Source: Candidatus Levyibacteriota bacterium (GTDB lineage: Bacteria; Patescibacteriota; Microgenomatia; Levybacterales; UBA12049). Taken from it: DNA of 64,000 bases. Shown here in pieces: positions 27,975-37,315 of this stretch. Within the stretch, counting starts at the first letter, position 1; each line of letters starts with the position of its first letter. The notes below the pieces were generated by a model. The model saw only the letters and a program-made list of their open reading frames with translations, was not told where the DNA came from and ran no database searches. The stretch covers positions 34,161 through 98,160 of the forward strand of contig JBPOIT010000012.1 of assembly GCA_052034235.1 (NCBI GenBank), in the 5' to 3' direction. The translations under genes were made by a program, and so were the position numbers.

Positions 27975-28718
27975 CTAAAGCTCAATGGCTTTTGTCTCAG
28001 TTTTTTTCACCTTCCAATAACTGTTGGTTTCAAAAAGACTGTCAAACGTCCCTGCATCACTCCAAAATCCATCAAGATTTGCCCAACTTAACTTACCCGA
28101 TTCGATATATATATTATTGACATCAGTTATTTCCAGCTGACCTCTTTCTGAAGGTTCAAGCTTTTTAATGTAACTGAAGACTTTTTCGTCATAGATATAA
28201 AGTCCTGTTACCGCCATATCACTTTTGGGATGTTTTGGTTTTTCTTCAATACCTACTACTTTATTTGAATCTTCTTTATCAAACTCGGCAACACCGAATC
28301 TATATGGATCACGAACTTTTTTGAGGAAAACCACAGAGCCGTCTTTAAAATCTTGTACTGTTTGTGAAATATCTGCGTCCGTTGTGTTGTCCCCTAAAAT
28401 AACGGCAATCGGTCCGCCGTCGGCAAAGTCTTCAGCAAGCGCCAGTGCGTCTGCAATACCTCCATCAGGTTTTTCTTGATAGGAATATTCTAAATGCGTT
28501 ACTCCAAGTTCTTTGCCGTTTTTAAGCACTCCTAGAAAATCTCCAACATGAGGACCACTGGTAACGAGCATGATATCTGTGATGCCTGCTTTAACGAGGG
28601 TTGAAATAGGATAATAAATCATGGGCATGTCATACACAGGAAGCAAATGCTTGTTGGTGACATGTGTAAGAGGATATAATCTTGTTCCGAGTCCGCCTGC
28701 TAAAACAACGCCTTTCAT
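27975..28718 (-). CDS. rfbA: Glucose-1-phosphate thymidylyltransferase-like sugar nucleotidyltransferase (short form)
   Basis: 'VVLAGGLGTRLYPLTHVTNKHLLPVYDMPMIYYPI' is the RmlA signature; 247 aa with no C-terminal extension. Confidence 0.8.
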   Translation of the reverse strand: MKGVVLAGGLGTRLYPLTHVTNKHLLPVYDMPMIYYPISTLVKAGITDIMLVTSGPHVGDFLGVLKNGKELGVTHLEYSYQEKPDGGIADALALAEDFADGGPIAVILGDNTTDADISQTVQDFKDGSVVFLKKVRDPYRFGVAEFDKEDSNKVVGIEEKPKHPKSDMAVTGLYIYDEKVFSYIKKLEPSERGQLEITDVNNIYIESGKLSWANLDGFWSDAGTFDSLFETNSYWKVKKTETKAIEL

Positions 28719-28775
28719 GTTATTGTCCTGATATTATACTATACAAATTACAAAATCAACTCTCTAAATGAGGAG

Positions 28776-29711
28776 TTATTTTTGCACTTTTAACTTAGCT
28801 AGTGCACGTTTGTGCAGTATATCTATGCCTTTATAAATTGTCTTTTGTACAAACGCAGGATACGTTTCACTATAGTTCTTTTTGAAAAAAATTCTCATAG
28901 CTTCAAATCTGGCAGCTTGTACTCGTTTTTTACCTTCAAGATTTGCGGTTGTTATATTTTGTGATTTTTTCTTTATACCGCTTGAAGCACCGCCAATATG
29001 CATAATACTTACTTCACCAACATAATAAATTTTGTAGCCGAGTTTTCTTATGTCATAACAGAACTGCAGATCTTCACCATAAAAGAAATAATCTTCATCC
29101 CACCATCCTATTTTCTCTCCAATTTCTCTTCTAACCAGGAGAAATGCACCTTCTACTGCATCCACTTCATGTGTTGTCCGCATATCCTTCCACCCCTGCG
29201 TGTACCCGGCAAATAATCGACTTTTAGGAAATACCCGCTGCAAACCTGAAAAGTAGGCAAACGCATTCCAGGGAGTTGGGAAACCCCGATGCGAATTAAA
29301 ATCCATCTCACCATCTTTATTAATAAGCTTACAAGACGAAGCACCCGCTTCTTTATGTGCATCCATAAATTCGACCATGTACGTGAGGGTTTTGGGATAA
29401 ACAATTGTGTCGGGATTCAGAAAAAGTATATATCTCCCGGTTGCATAAGGGAGACCTTTGTTATTGCCTGCTGCAAAACCAATATTGCCGCCATTATCAA
29501 TGGGCTGAAAGACTTTAATTTTTGTGTGTTTTTTGTATCCTTCAAATGCAGCAAATGAGCCGTCTGTTGATGCGTTGTCTGTAACGATAACCTCATAATT
29601 TCCTGATGCAACTTCCTTTGGATAATGTTCTTCGATAGAACGAATAGCATCAAGGGTAATCTCTTTTGTATTGTAGGACAGGATGATGATTGATAAATCA
29701 GCTTGCTGCAT
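28776..29711 (-). CDS. Glycosyltransferase family 2
   Basis: 'LSIIILSYNTKEITLDAIRSI', the DxD-like 'VTDNASTDGS' and the 311-aa length fit GT2. Confidence 0.8.
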   Translation of the reverse strand: MQQADLSIIILSYNTKEITLDAIRSIEEHYPKEVASGNYEVIVTDNASTDGSFAAFEGYKKHTKIKVFQPIDNGGNIGFAAGNNKGLPYATGRYILFLNPDTIVYPKTLTYMVEFMDAHKEAGASSCKLINKDGEMDFNSHRGFPTPWNAFAYFSGLQRVFPKSRLFAGYTQGWKDMRTTHEVDAVEGAFLLVRREIGEKIGWWDEDYFFYGEDLQFCYDIRKLGYKIYYVGEVSIMHIGGASSGIKKKSQNITTANLEGKKRVQAARFEAMRIFFKKNYSETYPAFVQKTIYKGIDILHKRALAKLKVQK

Positions 29712-29714
29712 ACG

Positions 29715-30044
29715 TTATAGAACAAAATACGTGATTGCGAAACCGAAGAGGCCGAAGATTGCATACTCAGCAGCTATTTTTACTGTAAGTGAATGGTGAA
29801 TAAATTGATGCAAGATAGACCAAAAGAAATATATTCCTGTGAGAAGTAAGACAATCATTAACTGCATTGATCTATCTGCTGAAGCAAGAAACACTAACAC
29901 CAAACCAGTTACTTGTAGCACAGCAAGCGCTGCATAATACCAGATATGTTTTCGAATTTTTGCTTGAAAAGTTAAATGCTCCACTAGAGTAATTATATAC
30001 CTTATCCTGCAACTGAAACAACCTGAAGTATTACTGTGATACAA
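29715..30044 (-). CDS. Hypothetical small membrane protein (2-3 TM helices), possibly GtrA-like
   Basis: It is hydrophobic and sits between GT2 genes, but the start is uncertain. Confidence 0.3.
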   Translation of the reverse strand: MYHSNTSGCFSCRIRYIITLVEHLTFQAKIRKHIWYYAALAVLQVTGLVLVFLASADRSMQLMIVLLLTGIYFFWSILHQFIHHSLTVKIAAEYAIFGLFGFAITYFVL

Positions 30045-30052
30045 TAAAGACG

Positions 30053-30973
30053 ATGAAGAATGTTGCTGTCGTTACCGTTAATTACAATACTGCAGAGGAC
30101 ACTAAATCGTTCATTGAGTCCTTCGAGAAACTGAATACCCAGGGTCTCACCATGCAAATCATTATCGTTGATAATGGTTCAAAAGAAATATTTACACTTC
30201 CCGAAAAAGCGAAAAAAGAATCATTAACACTCATACGATCAGAGGAAAATACAGGGTTTTCGGGAGGGTTTAACATTGGTATCAAAGAAGCACTCGGCAA
30301 AGGTGTCGACTACGTGCTTATCGTTAACAACGACACGCTTATGCAGAGGGATATGGTTTTGGAATTACTTGAAGTTCTTAATAGTAAACCGGAAATCGGT
30401 GTCACCGCACCTAAGATTTACTTCTCAAAAGGTCATGAATTCCATAAAGACAGATATAAAAAAGAAGATTTGGGAAAAGTGTTTTGGTTTGCGGGCGGAT
30501 ATACTGATTGGAATAACGTCCAAAGTATCCATCGCGGTGTTGACGAAGTTGACCATGGACAATATGACACAGTTGAGAAAATTGCATTTGCTTCAGGCTG
30601 CTGCATGATGTTTAAACGGGAAGTACTCGAAAAAGTAGGATTTTTTGACGACAGATATTTTCTTTATTACGAAGATGCCGATCTCAATGAACGCATCAAC
30701 CGAGCAGGTTACGACGTCTACTACGTCCCTACAGCCGTACTGACACACGTCAATGCTGCATCATCCGGTGGTGCAGGCAATGTTTTGCAGGATTATTTCA
30801 TTACACGTAACAAAATGCTCTTCGGAATGACATATGCACCACTTCGCACAAGAGCAGCTCTTATCAGAGAAAGTATCAGACTTCTCAGAACTGGAAGGCC
30901 TTTTCAGAAAAAAGCCATACGAGATTATTATTTGAGGAAATTTAATAAAGGAACGTTTTTTGATACCCGCTAA
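30053..30973 (+). CDS. Glycosyltransferase family 2
   Basis: 'VAVVTVNYNTAEDTKSFIES' and 'IVDNGSKE' fit GT2. Confidence 0.8.
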   Translation: MKNVAVVTVNYNTAEDTKSFIESFEKLNTQGLTMQIIIVDNGSKEIFTLPEKAKKESLTLIRSEENTGFSGGFNIGIKEALGKGVDYVLIVNNDTLMQRDMVLELLEVLNSKPEIGVTAPKIYFSKGHEFHKDRYKKEDLGKVFWFAGGYTDWNNVQSIHRGVDEVDHGQYDTVEKIAFASGCCMMFKREVLEKVGFFDDRYFLYYEDADLNERINRAGYDVYYVPTAVLTHVNAASSGGAGNVLQDYFITRNKMLFGMTYAPLRTRAALIRESIRLLRTGRPFQKKAIRDYYLRKFNKGTFFDTR

Positions 30974-31851
30974 ATCCCGTCCAGCGCTTTTTGATATGTC
31001 TCCATAAGGTATGCATTTTTAGTCATGTTACCGATTGTCAGTAATAAATTGGCTTTTATAACAAGCATGCTTTTCATAATCGCATATTCTCTTTTTGAAC
31101 GATGTTTTTGATAAAAATATAAAAGATTTTTGTAGATATTAACAATAGCAAATGTTTTATTTGAACTCCCCTGATCTTTATGCAAAACAAATGCATTTGG
31201 GAAGAAATAAACCGCATATCCTGATTGAGACGCGCGGTAACAAAGCTCCATATCTTCAATATACATAAATATCTTTTCATCAAATCCGCCGAGTCTTTTA
31301 AAGACTTCTTTTCGAATCAGCAGCATACCACCCTTTACCCAATCAACTTTTTTGACCTGTTTTGGACTTTTATCAAGTAAGCCTAACTTATGACCTCCAA
31401 TCAGCAAAAGAAATGCAGGCCAAAGTGTATAAAACGTTCCGGCACAGGGTTGAAGTGTCCCATCAAAATTTTTCATCTGACCCCCCAAAATCGAAGCCTC
31501 ACTATGTGTTGCGAGGAAATGAGCCATTTCAAAAATACTTTTGTCTTTTACGACTGTATCGTTATTGAGAAAGAGAATATATTCACCAATTGAGGCTTGT
31601 GCGCCTTTATTACATCCAGCAGCAAAACCTGCATTGGAATCATTGGCTATCACCTGCACGTTTTTATACTGTTTCGTTGTTATTTCCTGATTTAACACGT
31701 CAACTGAATCATCCTGAGAATCATTGTCAACAATAATGAGTTCAATTTTATCCTGAGCGAATTCCTGAGCAAATTGCTCAAAAAGCGACGTCATGCACGC
31801 AAGCGTCAATTCTTTCTTTTTATAATTGAGTGTCACTATCGAAATAACCAT
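30970..31851 (-). CDS. Glycosyltransferase family 2
   Basis: 'ISIVTLNYKKKELTLACMTSL', 'IVDNDSQDDS' and 'MYIEDMELCYR' fit GT2. Confidence 0.8.
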   Translation of the reverse strand: MVISIVTLNYKKKELTLACMTSLFEQFAQEFAQDKIELIIVDNDSQDDSVDVLNQEITTKQYKNVQVIANDSNAGFAAGCNKGAQASIGEYILFLNNDTVVKDKSIFEMAHFLATHSEASILGGQMKNFDGTLQPCAGTFYTLWPAFLLLIGGHKLGLLDKSPKQVKKVDWVKGGMLLIRKEVFKRLGGFDEKIFMYIEDMELCYRASQSGYAVYFFPNAFVLHKDQGSSNKTFAIVNIYKNLLYFYQKHRSKREYAIMKSMLVIKANLLLTIGNMTKNAYLMETYQKALDGI

Positions 31852-31857
31852 AAAGTG

Positions 31858-32781
31858 TTAGAGGACATGTCCCCGCTGAAGGATCATTATCGCAAATAGT
31901 ATCATCAGTAAAAAGGCTATATGGTCAGTATTATGAGCAACAAGCCTCGCAATCTTTTTGCGTTCAATAATGACTGCATCAAGAAGAAGTACCATGATAA
32001 GTAGCCCGATGATACCATAGGCAATCTGTTGGGTGAACTTTTCACTGTTCACAAGCGGCTCTGTTGTTAAACCTGCGGCGTTTGCCTGAGCGATTGGTAT
32101 CGGCTGATTTGGAACATCCTCTTCAACAACAGCCGGGACACCTGAATTAGACGCACTTGCATCAGCAATTTGCTGTCCATCTGAACTTGACTCAGTTCCA
32201 AACATTTCAACAACCAGTACTGTCTCTGAGCCAGTCAGACTCCCTGTTGAGATAGCAAATCCAATGTCTGAGTAATTTGGCGACATGATATTCTCACGAT
32301 GCGTCGGGCTTGCCATCCAGGCTTCAACAACTTCAGGAGCTGTGGTAAAACCGCGAGCTAAATTTTCACCTGCGTATAGATATTCATACCCTGCACCTCT
32401 TATGAAATACCACGGAGTCGTTCCATCAGGCCCAATATGCGCCCAGAAATTTTTAGCAAACATATATTTTGCCTTGGCTGCAGCTGCCGTTTCGAGTTCT
32501 GTATTCATCGTTAAAGCCTTAAGCCCTTTTTCCGCACGTTTTTTATTGGTGAGTTCAAGTAATTCTTCTTTAGAGATATTTGCTGTTATGCCAAGAACTG
32601 AAGGGTAGGTCGATTGAACGGATTTTAGGAAAAACGTCGAGGTAATAATAAGTAAAATTAGAACAAGAAGTGTCTGTTCATGCAGTAAACGTGGCCTATG
32701 GTTATTGGATTCATGAGGCACCAAATAATGCCGTATGTGGTGCAGGAAATGTTTCATACTCGATTTAGTATAGCATCTCAT
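31858..32781 (-). CDS. CAP (SCP/PR-1/YkwD-like) domain protein with N-terminal TM anchor and C-terminal TM helix
   Basis: The CAP-like core 'HIGPDGTTPWYFIRGAGYEYLYAGENLARGF...AWMASPTHRENIM' is flanked by hydrophobic N- and C-termini. Confidence 0.7.
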   Translation of the reverse strand: MRCYTKSSMKHFLHHIRHYLVPHESNNHRPRLLHEQTLLVLILLIITSTFFLKSVQSTYPSVLGITANISKEELLELTNKKRAEKGLKALTMNTELETAAAAKAKYMFAKNFWAHIGPDGTTPWYFIRGAGYEYLYAGENLARGFTTAPEVVEAWMASPTHRENIMSPNYSDIGFAISTGSLTGSETVLVVEMFGTESSSDGQQIADASASNSGVPAVVEEDVPNQPIPIAQANAAGLTTEPLVNSEKFTQQIAYGIIGLLIMVLLLDAVIIERKKIARLVAHNTDHIAFLLMILFAIMILQRGHVL

Positions 32782-32834
32782 GAATATCTTTTAATATAGT
32801 AAGATGCAAACACGAGTGGTTTCACATAAGCTTT

Positions 32835-33170
32835 TTATTGATATACCGCATCAACCTGTTCACCAACTTTTTTGCCGTTTACGGGGACTTTGAGAAGAAA
32901 TCCAAGTGTGTTGGCAATGGTGATTCCAACACGAAGCCCGGTAAATGATCCTGGACCAGGATATACCTCAATTCCAGTAAGATCTTTTAAGGTCAAATTA
33001 TGTTCCTCAAGTAACGCTTCAGCCATGGGCAGTACGACTTGGGCTTTTCTATGATCAGGAATTTGTTTTTTTATAAACTCCTTCTCATCAAGCTTTAAAC
33101 TAACAATGATTTCTTTATTGTTGGAGGTATCTATATAAATAATCTTTTCTTTGCTATGTTCTTCTTTCAT
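32835..33170 (-). CDS. tsaB: tRNA threonylcarbamoyladenosine biosynthesis protein TsaB, truncated single-domain form (112 aa)
   Basis: Motifs 'IIYIDTSNNKEIIVSL' and 'GIEVYPGPGSFTGLRVGITIANTLGF'. I placed the ATG at 33170, which overlaps the TGA of tsaC (ATGA). Confidence 0.65.
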   Translation of the reverse strand: MKEEHSKEKIIYIDTSNNKEIIVSLKLDEKEFIKKQIPDHRKAQVVLPMAEALLEEHNLTLKDLTGIEVYPGPGSFTGLRVGITIANTLGFLLKVPVNGKKVGEQVDAVYQ

Positions 33171-33748
33171 AATTTTATTGTTACTGATCCTTGACGTAGC
33201 ACGTTCCATGGAGTGACAGTGCAGTCAATAACTGTTGAGGCAAGTTTTGTATGGCATTCACCAGGGACAACATAATCGACTAACTTTGTCAGTTCAGGGT
33301 TGAGATCTTCAAACTCGTAAGGTGTTTTCTCTCCACTGAAGTTTGCAGAAGGTCCAAGTAAAGGAACACCAACACCGCTTATAAGCTCTAGTGTCGTCAA
33401 ATGATCAGGCACTCGCACACCAAGAGTCGTTGTCCCTCCACGAATAAGGTTTGAGACATTCTGAATTTTGCTTTGTAGAACAATTGTTAACCCACCAGGC
33501 CAATATGGTTTGACTAATTTATCAACGACGTCTTCCGGCACTGTTTCAAGATAAGGTTCAGCCATATTTAAACTGGAGATAAGTACTGAGGTCGCCTGCG
33601 ACTCTGGCCGTTTCCTGATAGAAAACAAACGCTTTACAGCTTTTTCATCATCCATCCGACAGCCGATACCAAAAGCGGTATCTGTTGGGAAAATAACTAT
33701 CCCTCCTGCCTTAAGTACCTTAATAGCTTGTTGAATATCATCTTTCAT
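33167..33748 (-). CDS. tsaC: L-threonylcarbamoyladenylate synthase (YrdC/Sua5 domain)
   Basis: 'GGIVIFPTDTAFGIGC' and 'GGTTTLGVRVPDH' in a 193-aa protein. Confidence 0.85.
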   Translation of the reverse strand: MKDDIQQAIKVLKAGGIVIFPTDTAFGIGCRMDDEKAVKRLFSIRKRPESQATSVLISSLNMAEPYLETVPEDVVDKLVKPYWPGGLTIVLQSKIQNVSNLIRGGTTTLGVRVPDHLTTLELISGVGVPLLGPSANFSGEKTPYEFEDLNPELTKLVDYVVPGECHTKLASTVIDCTVTPWNVLRQGSVTIKL

Positions 33749-33750
33749 CG

Positions 33751-34206
33751 TTATTTAAAAATAATTCTTCTCTGATCATCTTTGAGATACTCAAACTCAA
33801 TAGAGATAGTCTTTTTCGGGAGATGATGATCAATTTTCTCCGGCCACTCTATAACGACAATATTCTCAGGGTCGTTTATTATCTCAAGCAACCCTAATCC
33901 TTCAACATCTTTTTCAGTTTCAACACGATACAAATCGACATGGTAAAAATGCCCATATGTTCTCATAATAATAAACGTTGGAGATATAATTTTTTTCTCA
34001 ATCCCTAACCCTCTAGCCAAACCTTGCACAAAGGTTGTTTTCCCTGAGCCTAAATCACCATGCAGTGCAAGGACTGACCCTTTTTTAAGATTTTTGGCAT
34101 AATCAAAAGCCAGTGTTTGGGTTTCTTCAAAACTATTGGTAAGAATTCTTTTTTCTGTCATTTTTGTTTCAAGTTGATTAAAGCATTTTTCGCTTTTTAA
34201 TGACAA
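33751..34206 (-). CDS. tsaE: tRNA t6A biosynthesis ATPase TsaE (YjeE)
   Basis: Walker A 'LHGDLGSGKTTFVQGLARGLGI' in a 151-aa protein. Confidence 0.85.
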   Translation of the reverse strand: MSLKSEKCFNQLETKMTEKRILTNSFEETQTLAFDYAKNLKKGSVLALHGDLGSGKTTFVQGLARGLGIEKKIISPTFIIMRTYGHFYHVDLYRVETEKDVEGLGLLEIINDPENIVVIEWPEKIDHHLPKKTISIEFEYLKDDQRRIIFK

Positions 34207-35035
34207 CTAGTATACCACAGGCGATACAAAAAACTGTGCCTGAGACCAAAATAAGATACGGCGGAGCTACTGCGCTTTTAACCATAACCGTTTCTTTAGG
34301 CTTTTGCGAAAGAGTAGCTTTTAATTTTGTCGTTGCAGATCTTGATGAAACCCCAAGAATTGCTGTTGGTATGCTACTTATTTGAGGAAGCTTAGCTGAT
34401 ATCTGCGGTGATTTTATCTTTTTTACGCTGCTCTCTCCTTCGATTTTAACAGTTGAGGGTTTTGGCGTTGGAAGTTTTGTCGGTGTCGGGATTTTTGTAG
34501 GGGTAGGCGTTCTCGTTGGTGTTGGCTCTTTCACAGGTGTTGGTGTATTTTCAGGTATAGCTGTGGGTATTGGAGCGAGTATCGAATTTGTATTGGTTGC
34601 CGATTTTGAAGGATTTTGAAACACAACCCATGCTGAGCCCCCGTTATTTTGTCTTCCTGCGCTTTGTCCTGTTTGCGGAGCTGGTAAATTTTCAGAACTT
34701 CCATATGCGATTTCATCATGGATGTTGGCTTCATCTGCTTTTGAAACAAGCTTTATGATATCTTTACTGTTATTAAGCTTTGATCCCCACTCAAATGCGA
34801 CGTATCCTCCGGGCTCTATCTGTCCACTGAGATCTAGTTTATTTGTGGCAGAACTATCCCGAAAGCTGTACACATCGAGAATTACGATTTCTGCAGCGTC
34901 ATTGTAAAGTTCAATCCAGTCATCGGAACCACTTGAGTAAAATTCATTTATCCAGATCTTGGCCGATGCTTCAGTTGGCAAAGAAAAAAACACAAACAGC
35001 AAGACACAAAGAATAGGCAGAAAATTCTTAAACAT
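34178..35035 (-). CDS. Secreted lamin-tail-domain (LTD) protein with a Pro/Thr linker and C-terminal TM anchor
   Basis: A signal peptide is followed by the LTD signature 'IWINEFYSSGSDDWIELYN' and the PT-rich linker 'TPTPVKEPTPTRTPTPTKIPTPTKLPTPKPS'. The C-terminus is the TM segment 'YLILVSGTVFCIACGILVVIKKRK'. Confidence 0.65.
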   Translation of the reverse strand: MFKNFLPILCVLLFVFFSLPTEASAKIWINEFYSSGSDDWIELYNDAAEIVILDVYSFRDSSATNKLDLSGQIEPGGYVAFEWGSKLNNSKDIIKLVSKADEANIHDEIAYGSSENLPAPQTGQSAGRQNNGGSAWVVFQNPSKSATNTNSILAPIPTAIPENTPTPVKEPTPTRTPTPTKIPTPTKLPTPKPSTVKIEGESSVKKIKSPQISAKLPQISSIPTAILGVSSRSATTKLKATLSQKPKETVMVKSAVAPPYLILVSGTVFCIACGILVVIKKRKML

Positions 35036-35104
35036 GTATATATTTATCTAATAATATAATAGTAGCAAAGTTAGGGAAAATAATAAATAACTTTCATTGG
35101 ATAA

Positions 35105-36310
35105 CTAGTAGTTAATATGGAGATAAAGGGTATTGAGGCCTAAATCGGGATGTACAACTTTTACGTAACGTAAACGGCAGCCATTTCCTCCTGTGTAACT
35201 TCCCTGATACAACGTTCCAGGCTTGACTGCTTTGACTTCAAATGATGACCCAATAATATCAATGCCGTTATGAAAGCTGTAAATTTGTCCGACATAAGAA
35301 TTTCTGACTGCCCACGTGCTGCCATAACCTTGTGTCATTTTAATTGGACCACTAATCGGCCATTCCCAATCACCTGAAGGATTAAATGGATCACCATCAC
35401 TGCTTCCACATGAAGAACCAGAACAATTTTCAGAGTCTATTCCTTTGAGATACCCAAAGGGATTTGCAGTGCTTCCTGATTTATTGACAATAAAATGTAA
35501 ATGCGCTCCTCCTGAATTACAGGAAGGTCCAGGAATAACACTTGCAATTCGTTCTCCCTGTGCAACTTGGCGTACTTGCGTTTCATTTCCCCCACCAGCA
35601 ACGATGTTTTGGATAGCTTCATATTCCGCACGCGCGTTTGCTAACAATTGCTGATAATTCTTTTCCTGACCTTTTGTATCTGCGAGTAACTTTTCCTTAT
35701 TTTTTTTGTCACTATCAAGCTGTTTCGTGTATTCTTCAAGCTGCACTTTTAGTGCTTCAATTTTTATCTTTTTCGTTTCGAGAATATTTTTTTGATTTTC
35801 ATAATCATTTTTCGCCTGCTGGGTATCATAAAGTAAACGTTTGTCATGTGCCTGGACAACTTTTATGTAATTAATTCGTGAAATAACTTCACCGATGTCA
35901 TCTGACGTCAAAATCAGTTGTAATGGATCAACATTCCCTGTTTTATAGGTAGCAACAATTCTGTTTATGAGCACCTTGCTCACATTATCAAGCGAACCTT
36001 CGAGGTTGGTCATTCTTTTGGAAGCAGAATCTATATCAAGTGTAATATCAGTGATTTCTTGTTGCGTCGCGTTCATTCGATACTCAGTAAGTGTAATTTG
36101 ATTATCCATCACTCCTATTTGTGAAGCGAGTGAATTTCCTTGGTTACGAAGTTCAGTTACCTTACTTTCAAGTTCCTGAATTTTACCCTGGAGTTCACTT
36201 AATTTTGAAGGACTATTTGTTTGCGCGAAGACAGCGACACTGTAGAAACCAAAAAGTAATACAAGTGTACAGAAGAAGAGTATAAATGATTTTTTTTGAA
36301 CTCGGATCAT
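35105..36310 (-). CDS. M23 family metallopeptidase with N-terminal coiled-coil region
   Basis: The C-terminal 'FHNGIDIIGS' and 'HLHFIV' motifs mark the M23 domain and the N-terminus is a long heptad-rich region. Confidence 0.75.
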   Translation of the reverse strand: MIRVQKKSFILFFCTLVLLFGFYSVAVFAQTNSPSKLSELQGKIQELESKVTELRNQGNSLASQIGVMDNQITLTEYRMNATQQEITDITLDIDSASKRMTNLEGSLDNVSKVLINRIVATYKTGNVDPLQLILTSDDIGEVISRINYIKVVQAHDKRLLYDTQQAKNDYENQKNILETKKIKIEALKVQLEEYTKQLDSDKKNKEKLLADTKGQEKNYQQLLANARAEYEAIQNIVAGGGNETQVRQVAQGERIASVIPGPSCNSGGAHLHFIVNKSGSTANPFGYLKGIDSENCSGSSCGSSDGDPFNPSGDWEWPISGPIKMTQGYGSTWAVRNSYVGQIYSFHNGIDIIGSSFEVKAVKPGTLYQGSYTGGNGCRLRYVKVVHPDLGLNTLYLHINY

Positions 36311-36400
36311 AGGCAGAGCCGCATTGTAGCGGGTTCCATTTTACTACACCTGGTGGATAATACCAACCGTTTAAGCAAAATACCAGTTGTAATGCGTAGT

Positions 36401-37315
36401 TTACTTAAGATAACGAAGGACTGCAAGCGAGCTGGCAAGCATTCCAAGAATGATTGCGATAATAAGCTCAACTGCCAACAGTTCAACCAGAAAGAGTGGA
36501 TTGACAGGTACAAGTGGAATTCCTTTTTGGAATGATTCAATAGCAGGCGTCGCATAAAGAAGCGCACCTGATGCAATAAGCCAGCCCAATACTGTTCCGC
36601 CTATTCCATACAAAACGCCTTCCAGAATAAACGGTTTTCTAATATACCAATTGGTAGCAGAAAGTAATTTCATAATTTCAATTTCATCACGTTTTTGGGA
36701 AACCTTAAAGCCGATCACTGTCATCATAATGAAGACAGAGACCATGGCAAGCACAATGATAAGGATAAATCCTACCATACGAACGCCATTGGTAAGTGAC
36801 GTTAATGTGGATACAACATCTTCAAGGTAAATAACTGTCTCAATATAAGGCGATGCCTTGAGTGATTCTGAAATCGGTTTAAGATCTTCAATTTGATAAG
36901 TTGAGACCTCAATCGATTCAGGCAAAATACTTTCACTGACAAACTCTCGAAGCAGTGGATCGTCTTTGTTCTGCTCGTTATACAGTTTTACTGCATCTTG
37001 CTTGGAAACAAATTTGACACTCGCAACTTTCCCTGTTGCCACAAGTGATTGTTGTACTGCGGTGATATCTTGTTCTGATGCTTCTTCTTTAAAGAAAGCA
37101 ACAACTTGCGGTTTGGATTCAAAATATTGAATAGCGACTGATGAACCAAAAACAATAAATGCGAATACGGAAATGGCAACAATGGTCAGCATCATAATAA
37201 AAATTGAAGCCATAGCCTGATAGGGCGTTCTACGGATATGTTTCATGGTTGTTTTAACTGCACTCATATTACTTGGCTTTTTCCTCCTTTTTTTCACGCG
37301 CTGCGCCTGGGGCAA
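36401..37315 (-). CDS. ftsX: Cell division permease FtsX
   Basis: It has a 4-TM topology with a large extracytoplasmic loop and is adjacent to ftsE. Confidence 0.8.
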   Translation of the reverse strand: MPQAQRVKKRRKKPSNMSAVKTTMKHIRRTPYQAMASIFIMMLTIVAISVFAFIVFGSSVAIQYFESKPQVVAFFKEEASEQDITAVQQSLVATGKVASVKFVSKQDAVKLYNEQNKDDPLLREFVSESILPESIEVSTYQIEDLKPISESLKASPYIETVIYLEDVVSTLTSLTNGVRMVGFILIIVLAMVSVFIMMTVIGFKVSQKRDEIEIMKLLSATNWYIRKPFILEGVLYGIGGTVLGWLIASGALLYATPAIESFQKGIPLVPVNPLFLVELLAVELIIAIILGMLASSLAVLRYLK

